Assembly: GCA_963737655.1 (NCBI GenBank)
Contig: CAVTTN010000002.1
Span: 4,288,001 to 4,352,000, forward strand
Direction of reading: 5' to 3'
DNA length: 64,000 nucleotides
Source: an uncultured Planctomycetota bacterium
GTDB lineage: Bacteria; Planctomycetota; Planctomycetia; Isosphaerales; Isosphaeraceae
Made by a program: the position numbers and the translations under genes. This document shows, piece by piece, positions 40,882-50,887 of this stretch (within the stretch, counting starts at the first letter, position 1; every line of letters begins with the position of its first letter). The notes below the pieces were generated by a model. It was given only the letters and a program-made list of their open reading frames with translations, made no database searches and was not told the DNA's origin.

Positions 40882-42708
40882 TCACTTCGTCGGCATGGCG
40901 ATCCGGGGGTCGGGCTCGACGAGCTTGTGGGTCCGATCGACGTCGGCATGCTCGATCACGGTATCGGGGCCTCCGGCGGGCCATTTCACGACGATCTTGA
41001 CCTCTCTCGCCGCGCCGACGCCGATCAGGAGCCTCGGGTCGTTGGTCGATTCCATGCTGCCCCCGCCCTTCTGCTGGCGGGTGATCGTCTGGCCCTCGGC
41101 GACGACCTGGACCCGGGCGCCGATGGCGTCTCGGTTGCTCCGGGTGCCCCGGAGTTCCAGGCGGACCCAATGATTCGGGGTCTTCGATCGGTTCAGGAGG
41201 ACCCCGGGGGGCTTGTCCTTGTGATTGACCACGATGTCGGCCAGGCCGTCGTCGTCGAGGTCGCCGAACGCGGCCCCCCGGCCGACGTGGCCGGTCTCCA
41301 TGTAAGCCCCCGCGCCCTTCGCCACCGAGGCGAACTTCCGGCCCCCGCCGGCGCCTCCGCCGATGTTCCGGAACAACAGCGGAGGCTCGTTGTAGGGGAG
41401 GTTCGGGTTGCCGACGAGGTGGTGATTGTCGTCCACGTGGCCGTTGGTGATGAAGACGTCGGGCCAGCCGTCGTTGTCGAAATCGACCAGCCCGCAGCCC
41501 CACTTGACCCACTTCTTGCTCTCGGCCATCAGGCCGACGAACGCCGATTGCTCCAGGAACTGGCTGTCGCCGAGGTTCATATAATAGGACGTGGTCTCTT
41601 CCATGAAATTGGTGCGGATGATCTCCGGCTTGCCGTCGCCGTCGGCGTCCTCGGCATCGACGCCCATCCCCGATTGGGCCTGGCCGTTGTCGTCGAAGGC
41701 GGCGCCGTTCTCGAGAGTATCGTCGCGGAACGTGCCGTCCCCCTTGTTGATGAACGTGAATGCCGGGCACTGGTCGTTGGCGACATACAGGTCGATCTTG
41801 CCGTCGCCGTTGAGGTCGGTGGCGACCACGCCGAAGCCGTGGCCGTCGGTCCGGCCGACCCCGGCCGAGACCGTCACGTCGGTGAAGTGGGGGACGCCGT
41901 CCTTCGTGACGTCGTTGCGATAGAGGATGTGGCGGACGGTGGTGATCGTCCGGGGGGAGCAATACTGGCGGACCTCCGCCTTCTCGTCGGGGCACTTGCG
42001 CAGGCCGTCGGTCTTGATGTCCCAGGAGCCGTAATTGGCGATGTAGACGTCGAGGTCGCCGTCGTTGTCGTAGTCCAGGACGGCCCCCCCGGACGACCAG
42101 TTCGGCGAGGCGATGCCGGCCTTCACGCTCTCGTCGCGGAACGTGCCGTCGCCGTTGTTCAGATAGAGGACGTTCGACCCGAGGTTGCAGAGGATCAGGT
42201 CGGTATCGCCGTCATTGTCCAGGTCGGCGGCGATCACGCCGTGGCAGAACCCCCGGAACCCCACCCCGGCCTTCTCGGTGACGTCCTCGAACTTCCCGCC
42301 GCCCAGGTTCCGGTACAGGCGATTGGAATTCGCGGGCTTTTCCGCCAGGGGGAGCAGGTTGCACGAGGCGAAGTACAGATCCATCTTGCCGTCGCGGTCA
42401 TAATCCAGAAACGCCGCGCCCGAGCCGTTGGCCGAGGGGAAATGGCGGGCCGGGGTCATCCCCGAGACCTGGACGAAGTCGATCCCGGCCGATTTCGCGA
42501 CCTCCTCGAACCGGAACGGGCTGGCGACCGATTCGGCCGGACCGGCCGGAGGGGAGACGGCCGGAGCCGCCGAGGCCGAGGAGGGCGGAGGGGCCGTCGA
42601 GGCCGAGGGCGAGGTGGCCGAAGGCGGCGGCGTTTCGGAACAACCCACCATCAGGACCAGGAGCCCGAGGGCGGCCGACGCGCGACCGCTCGCAAGATGG
42701 CGACGCAT
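40882..42708 (-). CDS. CRTAC1/ASPIC-UnbV family lipoprotein with FG-GAP repeats
   Basis: Lipobox LMVGC; repeated DYDxDGxxD motifs; GRGAAFGDLDDDG; SNRDAIGARV. Confidence 0.92.
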   Translation of the reverse strand: MRRHLASGRASAALGLLVLMVGCSETPPPSATSPSASTAPPPSSASAAPAVSPPAGPAESVASPFRFEEVAKSAGIDFVQVSGMTPARHFPSANGSGAAFLDYDRDGKMDLYFASCNLLPLAEKPANSNRLYRNLGGGKFEDVTEKAGVGFRGFCHGVIAADLDNDGDTDLILCNLGSNVLYLNNGDGTFRDESVKAGIASPNWSSGGAVLDYDNDGDLDVYIANYGSWDIKTDGLRKCPDEKAEVRQYCSPRTITTVRHILYRNDVTKDGVPHFTDVTVSAGVGRTDGHGFGVVATDLNGDGKIDLYVANDQCPAFTFINKGDGTFRDDTLENGAAFDDNGQAQSGMGVDAEDADGDGKPEIIRTNFMEETTSYYMNLGDSQFLEQSAFVGLMAESKKWVKWGCGLVDFDNDGWPDVFITNGHVDDNHHLVGNPNLPYNEPPLLFRNIGGGAGGGRKFASVAKGAGAYMETGHVGRGAAFGDLDDDGLADIVVNHKDKPPGVLLNRSKTPNHWVRLELRGTRSNRDAIGARVQVVAEGQTITRQQKGGGSMESTNDPRLLIGVGAAREVKIVVKWPAGGPDTVIEHADVDRTHKLVEPDPRIAMPTK

Positions 42709-42966
42709 TGGGGAAACCCCGCGAGAAAAAGAAGAAATGGTCGGCCCGGACGGAAGGACGAGGATGGATGCGGGCCGATTTCGATCGTACCATGAAGGAC
42801 GAGGCCTGTCCCGACCCCCGTCTCGGGGGATTCTCGGCTCGAGACTGAAGATCCGCCCGGCGGATGCCGATGAACGAGGATACGGCCTCTCGATTTCCCC
42901 GAAGAATCCCGGGCGGCCGGCGAACCACCGAGTAGGCACTCCAGGAACGGCATCGCGGAGGGTGGG

Positions 42967-43725
42967 ATGGGGCTGGATATCGCTCTGGGCGTCGTGATCC
43001 TGGCGTCCGCCATCCGGGGCTGGTTCAAGGGATTCCTGCGGCAAGCCATCGTCCTGGCGGCCCTGGTCGGCTGCGTCTACGCGGCCGACCCGCTGCGCGA
43101 CCTCGCGCGACCGTACGCCGCGAAGAACTTCCCGTCGATCGCCGCGCCGGTGCTCGACCGCCTGCTCTGGTGGTCGGCGGCGGTGATCTCCTACTTCCTC
43201 GTCTCGGGGATCGGCCTGTCGATCCTCAAGTCTTCCCGCAAGAGGACTTACGGCGACCCCGAGCCGAACCGGAGCGACCAGGGGGCCGGCTTCACCCTCG
43301 GGGCCCTCAAGGGGGCGATCGTCGCCGCGTTCCTCGCCTCCGGGATCGCCCAGTACGCTCCGCCGTTCCTCAAGGGCAACCACTTCGCCGAGGAGCAGAC
43401 CGAGAGGTCCTACGCCCTGAAGTGGTCGGACCGATACCGGCCGGCCGAGCTCCTCTGGAACTCCCCGCCCGTCCGGTCGTTCGTGGCCAGGGTGAGAACC
43501 CGGGGGATGTGGGGTAGCCAGGAAACTCAGGAAGAACGCACCGAGACGGCCAAAATCGAACGCGACGCGTCCGAAAAAAAGGCCCGCCCCGCCTCCACCG
43601 AAGTCCCCCGGACCGCCTCGAACCGCACGAAGCCGCTCCAGATCCCCAGCCTCGACCCGGATGACCCCGAGTTCGCCCGGAAGCTCGAACGGGAGCTCAG
43701 GCGTGAGGGCCTGGAGCCTCGCTAG
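42967..43725 (+). CDS. CvpA (colicin V production) family membrane protein
   Basis: LDIALGVVILASAIRGWFKGFLRQ...DQGAGFTLGALKG. Confidence 0.85.
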   Translation: MGLDIALGVVILASAIRGWFKGFLRQAIVLAALVGCVYAADPLRDLARPYAAKNFPSIAAPVLDRLLWWSAAVISYFLVSGIGLSILKSSRKRTYGDPEPNRSDQGAGFTLGALKGAIVAAFLASGIAQYAPPFLKGNHFAEEQTERSYALKWSDRYRPAELLWNSPPVRSFVARVRTRGMWGSQETQEERTETAKIERDASEKKARPASTEVPRTASNRTKPLQIPSLDPDDPEFARKLERELRREGLEPR

Positions 43726-43816
43726 GCCATGGCCCGGGACTGACGTTGACCCCTTCGCCGCTCCGGGCGACACTTCGGCCCTTGAAGTCGTCCCCCGGCG
43801 CGGAGAGTGATCGAGG

Positions 43817-45742
43817 ATGGACCCTCGCGAACGTTTCGGCCGGTGGCCGCGCCCCTGGATGCTGCTCGTGGCCCTGGGCCTGTATCTGACCTGTCGCGGC
43901 TATCACAGCCGGGATGGCGACCAGGCGTATCGGCTCCCGCTGCTCCTCCACCAGCAAGACCCCTCGGTCTTCGCGGCCGACCCGTTCGTCGAGGCCCTCG
44001 GCCGGTTCAACCCCCATCGCGGCTACCTCGCGATCCTCGACGTGGCGAGCCGCCCTCTCGGGCTCTCCGCGGGCCTCTTCGGCCTGTTCGCGCTCACGTT
44101 TTTCGGCACCTGCCTTGGCTTCGATCGCCTGGCCCGGTCGGCCTGGCCCGAGGGGGGCGGCCGGGTCGGGGTCGTCGCCGTGGGATTGGTCCTGGCGACG
44201 AAGGCCGGCAACGTCGGCACGAATCACCTGTTCGAGTCCATGCTCCTGGATCGCTTGATGGCGCTGGCCCTGGGATGGCTGGCGATCTCGGCGGCCGTGA
44301 ATCGAGCGGATCGGCCGATCCTCCCCGCCTTGTGGATCGGGATGGCCGGATTCGTCCATCCGTCGCTCGGCCTCCAGCTCGGCGGGCTCCTCGCGGCCGG
44401 ATGGATCGGCTGGGCCGCGATCGGGACGCGATCGGGCGTGACGATCCGGTCGGCCTTGACCGGTTGCCTGGCGATCGCGGTAGCGCTTTCGCCCACGGTC
44501 CTGATGGCGGCGAGGGCCGGGTCGGTCCTCCTGAATGGCCTCCCCCCGGAGGACTATCTTCGGATCGCCGGTTACGTGCAAAGTCCTCAGCACATGATCC
44601 CTCACCTCTGGCGGATGCCCCAGTGGCTCGCGTTTTGCGCCTTCCCGGCGCTCGCGATCCTTTCGGCGTTCCGGATCGGCGAGGGGGATCGATCCGAAAC
44701 CCCGGCGAACGCCTCTCCCCAGAGGCTCCGGGTGGTTGTCCTCTTGATGGCCGCGATGGCGATCCTCGCCGGGTCGTGGGTGGCGATCGAGCCGCTTCGG
44801 AGCGTGAAAATCACCGTCTTCCAGCCGTTCCGGCTCGCCACGGCGGCCCGGGGCCTGGCGATCGTCCTGCTCTCGGGACGAGTCGTCCGGCTCTGGCGGA
44901 GGGGCGACCCGGCCGGACGGGTCCGCGCGGCCCTGATCGTCGCCGGGCTCTCGGGCGACTGGTCGATGGTCATCGCCGGAGGGGTGGAGATCGCCGTTTC
45001 GTTCGCCGGACGGTTCGACCGCAGGGCGGAACCGGCGGTCCTGGGGCTGGCCCTGGTCGCGGGCCTGATCTTCCTCGCCCGCCACGACACCGAATCGGGC
45101 CATGTTCGCCTGATCGCGGCCACGGGTGCTGGACTGGCAAGCTCAATCATCCGAATCCCGCTCGCCCGGTTCGAGCCGTCGCGGAGGAGGCTGGCGGTCC
45201 TCACCCTGGCGGCCTGGATCGTGCCGGTCCTGGCGGCGGCCTGGCCGAATTCCGGCCTGGCGGGGCATTGCCGGTTCGGCGAGACGCCGACCGACGACGT
45301 CGAGAGGCTGGCGGTCTGGTGCCGCGAACACACGCCGAGATCGGCCCGATTCGTGACCCCTCCGGGCCCGAAAACGTTCCGCCTCTGGTCGCGTCGCGAG
45401 GTCGCCTTCAACCGCGCCGCCAGTCCCTATCACGCCTCGGGCCTGGCCGACTGGGCCCGACGGTTCCGCGACCACGTCGGCTTCGAAGGAACCCTCGCCG
45501 GGTTCGCCACCGCGTACCTGCAAGACCGGCAAGCCCTCGAACACCGATTCGATTCGATGACCGACGCCGAAAAGGCCGGGCTCGCCCGCCGTCAAGGGGC
45601 CGAATTCGTCCTCGCCGCCCGTCCCCAAGACGGCACGTCCGCAAACGGGCCGCTACGCTGCCTACGGGTCTCCGGCCGCTACGCAATCTACGAGCTTCGT
45701 TCGGGATCGGTCGCGGGGAAGACCGGAACGATCCGCAGATGA
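43817..45742 (+). CDS. Polytopic membrane protein (DUF6798-like)
   Basis: Many TM segments; DQAYRLP, WCREHTP..ARFVTPPG, FRLWSRR. Confidence 0.7.
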   Translation: MDPRERFGRWPRPWMLLVALGLYLTCRGYHSRDGDQAYRLPLLLHQQDPSVFAADPFVEALGRFNPHRGYLAILDVASRPLGLSAGLFGLFALTFFGTCLGFDRLARSAWPEGGGRVGVVAVGLVLATKAGNVGTNHLFESMLLDRLMALALGWLAISAAVNRADRPILPALWIGMAGFVHPSLGLQLGGLLAAGWIGWAAIGTRSGVTIRSALTGCLAIAVALSPTVLMAARAGSVLLNGLPPEDYLRIAGYVQSPQHMIPHLWRMPQWLAFCAFPALAILSAFRIGEGDRSETPANASPQRLRVVVLLMAAMAILAGSWVAIEPLRSVKITVFQPFRLATAARGLAIVLLSGRVVRLWRRGDPAGRVRAALIVAGLSGDWSMVIAGGVEIAVSFAGRFDRRAEPAVLGLALVAGLIFLARHDTESGHVRLIAATGAGLASSIIRIPLARFEPSRRRLAVLTLAAWIVPVLAAAWPNSGLAGHCRFGETPTDDVERLAVWCREHTPRSARFVTPPGPKTFRLWSRREVAFNRAASPYHASGLADWARRFRDHVGFEGTLAGFATAYLQDRQALEHRFDSMTDAEKAGLARRQGAEFVLAARPQDGTSANGPLRCLRVSGRYAIYELRSGSVAGKTGTIRR

Positions 45743-46012
45743 CGCAGATGGACGCAGAGGACGGAGGAGTGATGCAGATTAATGCGAGGATGCATGATCG
45801 CGGAGTGACGCGATTGGGGTCAAAAACCAGGGCCTTCGGCAACCGCAGATGACGCTGATTATTGATTTTGAAATCATGTATTCTTAATCAGCGTCATCTG
45901 CGGTTGCCGACGGCCCTCCTTGATTCCACGGTCGAGATCGAAGCGCGTAACTCCCAGGAAATCTAGAAATCCATCTTATCTGCGCCAATCTGCGTCATCT
46001 GCGGGTCGTTCC
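45725..46012. repeat. Nested inverted repeats of the CCGCAGATGACGCAGAT family
   Basis: Outer IR GGAACGATCCGCAGATGACGCAGAT...ATCTGCGTCATCTGCGGGTCGTTCC; inner IR at 45829-45917; AT-rich spacers. Confidence 0.85.
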
Positions 46013-46034
46013 GCCTGTCATCGGCGGATCGTTC

Positions 46035-47288
46035 TCACGATGCGAGGACGACGTCGGCCGGGACGGGATAATCCTCGGCGAATTCGCGGATCTCGCCTCG
46101 GATGCGCTCGGAGACGGCCGAATCCTCGGGGGCCTTGAGGGCCTCGATGATCCAGGAGGCGACGCGGCGGAATTCGTCCTCGCGGAGTCCGCGAGTGGTC
46201 AGCGCGGGTGTGCCCATGCGGACGCCGCTGGGGTCGAGCGGCTTCCTCTTGTCGAACGGGATCAGATTCTTGTTCACGGTGATCCCGGCGCGACCCAGGG
46301 CGGCCTCGGCGACCTTGCCGGTCAGGCCCCGGGAGGTCATGTCGATCAGGATCAGGTGATTGTCGGTGCCTCCCGAGATGATCCGGAAGCCGGCCCGGGT
46401 GAGCTCCTCGCCCAGGGTCTTCGCGTTGGCGACGACCTGCGCCGCATAGGCCGCGAACTCGGGCCGGAGGGCCTCGCCGAAGCAGACGGCCTTGCCGGCG
46501 ATCACGTGTTCGAGGGGGCCGCCCTGCAAACCCGGGAACACGGCCGAGTCGATCTTCTTCGCCCAGGCTTCCTTGCACATGGTGATCCCTCCGCGAGGTC
46601 CGCGAAGGGTCTTGTGCGTGGTCGTGGTCACGAAATCGGCCAGGGGGACGGGACTCGGGTGCTGCCCCCCGGCCACCAGGCCCGCGATGTGCGCCATGTC
46701 CACGAACAGCAGGGCGCCGATTCCCCGGGCGATCTCGGCCATCCGTTCGAAGTCGATGATCCGAGAGTACGCGCTGGCGCCGGCGAGGATCAGCTTCGGC
46801 TTGTGCTCGTGGGCCAGGGCGGCCATCCGGTCGTAATCGATCCGCTCGGTCTCGGGGTTCAGGCCATAGCCGATGATGTTGTACCACCGGCCCGAGAAAT
46901 TGAGCTTCATCCCGTGGGTCAGATGGCCGCCGTGGGCGAGGTCCATCGCCAGGACCGTGTCGCCGATCTCCAGGGCCGCGTAATAAACGGCCTGGTTCGC
47001 CGTGGCGCCGGAGTGGGGCTGGACGTTCACGTGATCGGCGCCGAAGAGCGTCCGGGCGCGGGTGATGGCGAGCGTCTCGGAGGTATCGACGTGCTCGCAG
47101 CCGCCATAATAGCGGCGGCCCGGCAGGCCCTCGGCGTACTTGTTCGTGAGCACGGAGCCCACGGCGTCCATGATGGCCCGGCTGGTGTAGTTCTCCGAGG
47201 CGATGAGTTCCAGGTCGTCTCGTTGCCGCTCTTCCTCGGCGGCGATGGCGGCGAAGACCTCGGGGTCGGAGAGCTTCAGGGCGTCCAT
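46035..47288 (-). CDS. glyA: Serine hydroxymethyltransferase
   Basis: [33 protein letters not shown]. Confidence 0.98.
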   Translation of the reverse strand: MDALKLSDPEVFAAIAAEEERQRDDLELIASENYTSRAIMDAVGSVLTNKYAEGLPGRRYYGGCEHVDTSETLAITRARTLFGADHVNVQPHSGATANQAVYYAALEIGDTVLAMDLAHGGHLTHGMKLNFSGRWYNIIGYGLNPETERIDYDRMAALAHEHKPKLILAGASAYSRIIDFERMAEIARGIGALLFVDMAHIAGLVAGGQHPSPVPLADFVTTTTHKTLRGPRGGITMCKEAWAKKIDSAVFPGLQGGPLEHVIAGKAVCFGEALRPEFAAYAAQVVANAKTLGEELTRAGFRIISGGTDNHLILIDMTSRGLTGKVAEAALGRAGITVNKNLIPFDKRKPLDPSGVRMGTPALTTRGLREDEFRRVASWIIEALKAPEDSAVSERIRGEIREFAEDYPVPADVVLAS

Positions 47289-47378
47289 GAGTCGGAAGTC
47301 CTTCGTCCAGGCCGCTTCGGGGCGAATGTCGCGGCGATGGGGTGATTATAGCCGTTCGATCGGCCGATCGCCTCCCAT

Positions 47379-47521
47379 TGCCCTGGAGAAAACCCCCTTG
47401 AGTATGAGGAAAACGAGTCGGTCCGACTTCAGTCGGGCCTACAAAATAAGACCTTCTTGTAGGCCCGACTGAAGTCGGACCGACTCGTTTTCTTCTCCAT
47501 CACCGGGTTTTCTCAAGAGCA
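47379..47521. mobile_element. 143-bp MITE carrying the same REP doublet as 19076-19144
   Basis: Imperfect TIR TGCCCTGGAGAAAACCC / GGGTTTTCTCAAGAGCA; 9-bp direct repeat GCCTCCCAT at 47370-47378 and 47522-47530. Confidence 0.8.
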
Positions 47522-47627
47522 GCCTCCCATCCTTTTCCCGTGGGTCGAAGCCACGGAGGCTGGCTCCGGGCGTGTTCAGCCGGAGCCAGTCCCCGTTATC
47601 TTTTCCCGAGGGCCAGAGCAAACGGGT

Positions 47628-48932
47628 TCAGAGCCGTTCCACGATCAAGGACGGCACCTCCGGCGCCTCGTCGCCGATCTGATAGGCGGATCGGATCATG
47701 TCGCGGGCCTGATCGAAGGCGGAATCCTCGGCATCGGCCAGGATCGTGCAGAGCGGCTCGCCCGTCTCGACGCGATCGCCGAGCTTCCTGAGCAGGATCG
47801 CGCCCACGGCCGGATTGATCGTCGAATCCACCCGGGCGCGGCCGGCGCCGAGGAGCATAGTCGCCACCCCGATCGGCCGGGCCGTGATGGCGGTCACGAA
47901 CCCGGATCGTTCGGCCACCAGGTCGCGGCGGATTTTCGGCCGGGGCAATCGCGAAAGGTCGTCGATCGCCGATGGGTCGCCCCCCTGGGCCTCGACCACC
48001 CGGCGGAACCGTTCGAGGGCCGATCCGTCGGCGATCGTCCGTCGGCAGAGCGCGCGGGCCTCGCCGATCGTGGCCGCCTTCTCGCCCATGACGACCATCT
48101 CGGCGGCCAGCTCGACGCTCAGATCCACGAGGTCCGGCGGCCCCTGCCCTCTCAGGCACTCGACGCTCTCGGCGACCTCCACCGCGTTGCCCACGGCCCG
48201 GCCGAGCGGCTGATCCATCCTCGTAATCAACGCGACCATCCGCTTGCCCAGCCCCCGGCCGATCGCGCACATCGCCCTGGCCAGCGCCCTCGAATCCTCG
48301 AGCCGTTCCATGAACGCGCCATTGCCGGTCTTCACGTCCAGGACCAGCCCATCAATCCCCTCGGCCAGCTTCTTGGACATGATCGAGGCCGAGATCAAAG
48401 CGATCGACTCGACGGTGGCCGTCGCGTCGCGGAGGGCATACAGCGTCTTGTCGGCCGGGGCGATCTCGGCCGTCTGGCCGATCAGGACGAGCCCGCATTC
48501 GTTCAAGACAGCCTTGTAACGCGGCAAATCGAGATCGACGCGGAAGCCCGGGATCGACTCCAGCTTGTCCAGAGTCCCGCCGGTATGCCCCAGGCCGCGG
48601 CCCGAGACCATCGGCACCGGCACCCCGCACGCGGCGGCGATCGGCGCGAGGATCAACGAGGTCTTGTCCCCCACGCCGCCGGTCGAGTGCTTATCGACCT
48701 TCAAACCGGGCGTCTCGGAGAGGTCCACGACGATCCCCGACCGCATCATCGAGTCGGTCAGCGCGGCGGTCTCCCCATCATCCATCCCCCGCCAGACCAC
48801 GGCCATCAATAAGGCGGAAAGCTGATAATCGGCCACCTCGCCCGAGGCGATCCCGCCGACGATCCAGTCGATCTCGGCCGGGTCGAGCCGGCCGCCGTCC
48901 CTCTTCTTGCGGATGATGTCAACGGCTCTCAT
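47628..48932 (-). CDS. pdp: Pyrimidine-nucleoside / thymidine phosphorylase
   Basis: DKHSTGGVGDK, SGRGLGHTGGTLDKLESIPG, SIMSKK. Confidence 0.95.
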   Translation of the reverse strand: MRAVDIIRKKRDGGRLDPAEIDWIVGGIASGEVADYQLSALLMAVVWRGMDDGETAALTDSMMRSGIVVDLSETPGLKVDKHSTGGVGDKTSLILAPIAAACGVPVPMVSGRGLGHTGGTLDKLESIPGFRVDLDLPRYKAVLNECGLVLIGQTAEIAPADKTLYALRDATATVESIALISASIMSKKLAEGIDGLVLDVKTGNGAFMERLEDSRALARAMCAIGRGLGKRMVALITRMDQPLGRAVGNAVEVAESVECLRGQGPPDLVDLSVELAAEMVVMGEKAATIGEARALCRRTIADGSALERFRRVVEAQGGDPSAIDDLSRLPRPKIRRDLVAERSGFVTAITARPIGVATMLLGAGRARVDSTINPAVGAILLRKLGDRVETGEPLCTILADAEDSAFDQARDMIRSAYQIGDEAPEVPSLIVERL

Positions 48933-48953
48933 GGTCGATCCCAGGGGCAGACG

Positions 48954-49085
48954 AACCGCCAAGACGCGAAGGACGCCAAGGGGTGCAGAGAACGCTTCGA
49001 GGCGAGAGAAACGCGAACCCTCCCTGCCCTGTCTCCTCCTCTCCTCTCCTCATCGATCCTTGGCGCCCTTGGCGCCTTGGCGGTT
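48954..49085. repeat. AACCGCCAAG-family inverted repeat element
   Basis: AACCGCCAAGACGCGAAGGACGCCAAG...CTTGGCGCCCTTGGCGCCTTGGCGGTT; same family as 37652-37872. Confidence 0.85.
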
Positions 49086-49097
49086 GGCTCTTCCTCT

Positions 49098-49733
49098 TCA
49101 ATCCCCGCCCAGAGTCGCAAACTGCCGATCGCCAGCGTCACCCAGCCCCGGATAGATGAAGCCGATCTCCGTGAGCTTCTCGTCGATCGCCCCGACGTGG
49201 ATGGGGACGTCGGGCATGGCTCTCGAGAACGCCTCGATGCCTTCGGGCGCGGCGATCAGGGCGAGGAGCTTGATCCGCGAGACCCCGCAGGCGCGGACGA
49301 TCTCGCAGGTCCTCACGGCCGACCCTCCGGTGGCGAGCATCGGGTCGACCACGAAGACGATCGAGGCGCGGATCCGGCCGTGGGTCTTGTTGTAATACTC
49401 GGTGGGGCGCAACGTGGCCTCGTCGCGGAAGAGGCCGACGTGCCAGACCTCGGCCTCGGGGATCAGGTCGAGCACGCCGTCGGCCATCCCCAGGCCGGCG
49501 CGGAGGATCGGGACGATCCCCACGCGGTCTTGCAAGACGCGGCTCGGGCAGGGGCCGAGGGGCGTCGTCACCTCGATCTGGCGGGTCGGCAGGTCGGCCG
49601 TGGCCTCCTGGGCGAGCAAGACGGCGAGGTCGCGGACCAGGCCCCGGAACGCGGGAGGCGCGGTCCCGACCGCTCGCAACGACGCGATCTTGTGGGCCAC
49701 CAGCGGGTGATTCGAGGCGAAGACGAGGGCCAC
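49098..49733 (-). CDS. upp: Uracil phosphoribosyltransferase
   Basis: VPILRAGLGM, DPMLATGGS, PGLGDAGDR. Confidence 0.97.
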   Translation of the reverse strand: MALVFASNHPLVAHKIASLRAVGTAPPAFRGLVRDLAVLLAQEATADLPTRQIEVTTPLGPCPSRVLQDRVGIVPILRAGLGMADGVLDLIPEAEVWHVGLFRDEATLRPTEYYNKTHGRIRASIVFVVDPMLATGGSAVRTCEIVRACGVSRIKLLALIAAPEGIEAFSRAMPDVPIHVGAIDEKLTEIGFIYPGLGDAGDRQFATLGGD

Positions 49734-49938
49734 GGCAAGGCTCTCCCCGGCGATCGGGCCCAGGTCGGGCGAGGGGTCGAAATTCGGCCCCGACCAGGAT
49801 ACCCGATCGGCCGATTCGCCGGCCCGAAAAACCGCCGAAATCCCGCCCCCGAGACGTCTTGCCCGATCTGGTTGACTTCCCTACACTATCTTCGGGCGGC
49901 GAGGGGCGGGCCCGCGTCACGGAGGGGAGTCCGAGCCG

Positions 49939-50871
49939 ATGTCCGTCCAGTTCACGGTTCTGGCCAGCGGCTCCCGGGGCAACGCCTCGCTGATCCGCTC
50001 GGGCGGGTCGGGCCTCCTGATTGACCTGGGCCTGGGGCCGCGAAGTCTCGCCCGGAGGATGGAGGGCGTGGCGGCCGGTTGGGGATCGGTGGCGGCGGCC
50101 GTCCTCACGCACACCCACGGCGACCACGTCCAGGATGCCTCCTTGCGGGGGCTGGCCCGGCACAAGGTCCCGTTCTACTGCCACGAGGGGCACCTCAAGG
50201 GCCTCGCCCGATTCCCCGGGTTCCTCCTGCTCGACGCCTCGCGGCTGGTTCGGACGTTCGACGAACGCCCGTTCCTCACGCCCGACGGCCTCCGGGTCGA
50301 GCCGATCACGCTGAGCCACGACGGCGGCCCCACCTTCGGCTTCCGGGTCGAGGCCCGAGCCCGGCGCCGGGGGAAATCGACGGCGATCGGCTACCTGGCC
50401 GACACCGGATGCTGGCACGACCGCACGGCCGACCACCTGGCCGACGTGGATTTGCTCGCCGTCGAGTTCAATCACGACGTTGAGATGCAGCGTCAATCGG
50501 GCCGGGCCCCGTATTTGATCGCGAGGAACCTGGGGGATCGCGGGCACCTGTCGAACGCCCAGGGGGCGGGACTCGTGTCGGCCGTCCTGGAGAGGTCGCG
50601 ATCCTCGGCGGTCCGCGACGTGGTCCTGCTCCACCTCAGCGAGCAATGCAACCGGCCGGAGATCGCCGTGATGGAGGCGAGGGGGGCGGTCCGCACCGCG
50701 GGTCGGAGGTCGCGAGTCCACGCGGCGAGCCAGTGGGCGCCGAGCCCGGATCTGGGCGTGACGGCCTCGTCGCGAGCCGCCCGGGCCGAGTCGCGGGCCC
50801 ACCTCTTCCCCTGGGAGGACGACGGATCGGCCGACGATGGCCTGTTCCGCCTCCGGTCCGAGAGCGCCTGA
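49939..50871 (+). CDS. MBL-fold metallo-hydrolase (YycJ/WalJ-like)
   Basis: LASGSRGN, THTHGDH, EFNHD, GHLSN, HLSEQCN. Confidence 0.9.
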   Translation: MSVQFTVLASGSRGNASLIRSGGSGLLIDLGLGPRSLARRMEGVAAGWGSVAAAVLTHTHGDHVQDASLRGLARHKVPFYCHEGHLKGLARFPGFLLLDASRLVRTFDERPFLTPDGLRVEPITLSHDGGPTFGFRVEARARRRGKSTAIGYLADTGCWHDRTADHLADVDLLAVEFNHDVEMQRQSGRAPYLIARNLGDRGHLSNAQGAGLVSAVLERSRSSAVRDVVLLHLSEQCNRPEIAVMEARGAVRTAGRRSRVHAASQWAPSPDLGVTASSRAARAESRAHLFPWEDDGSADDGLFRLRSESA

Positions 50872-50887
50872 GAGAGAGCCGCCGACG

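Noticed and set aside
38048..41995. 1315-aa ORF suggesting a giant GlcF fusion
   Set aside because: Only the part from 39373 is GlcF. The upstream part is an off-frame read through glcE and the CRTAC1 gene.
47289..47378. Riboswitch upstream of glyA
   Set aside because: The leader is short, with a TATAAT at 47345-47350 on the minus strand, but I could not see ZTP or glycine riboswitch consensus elements.
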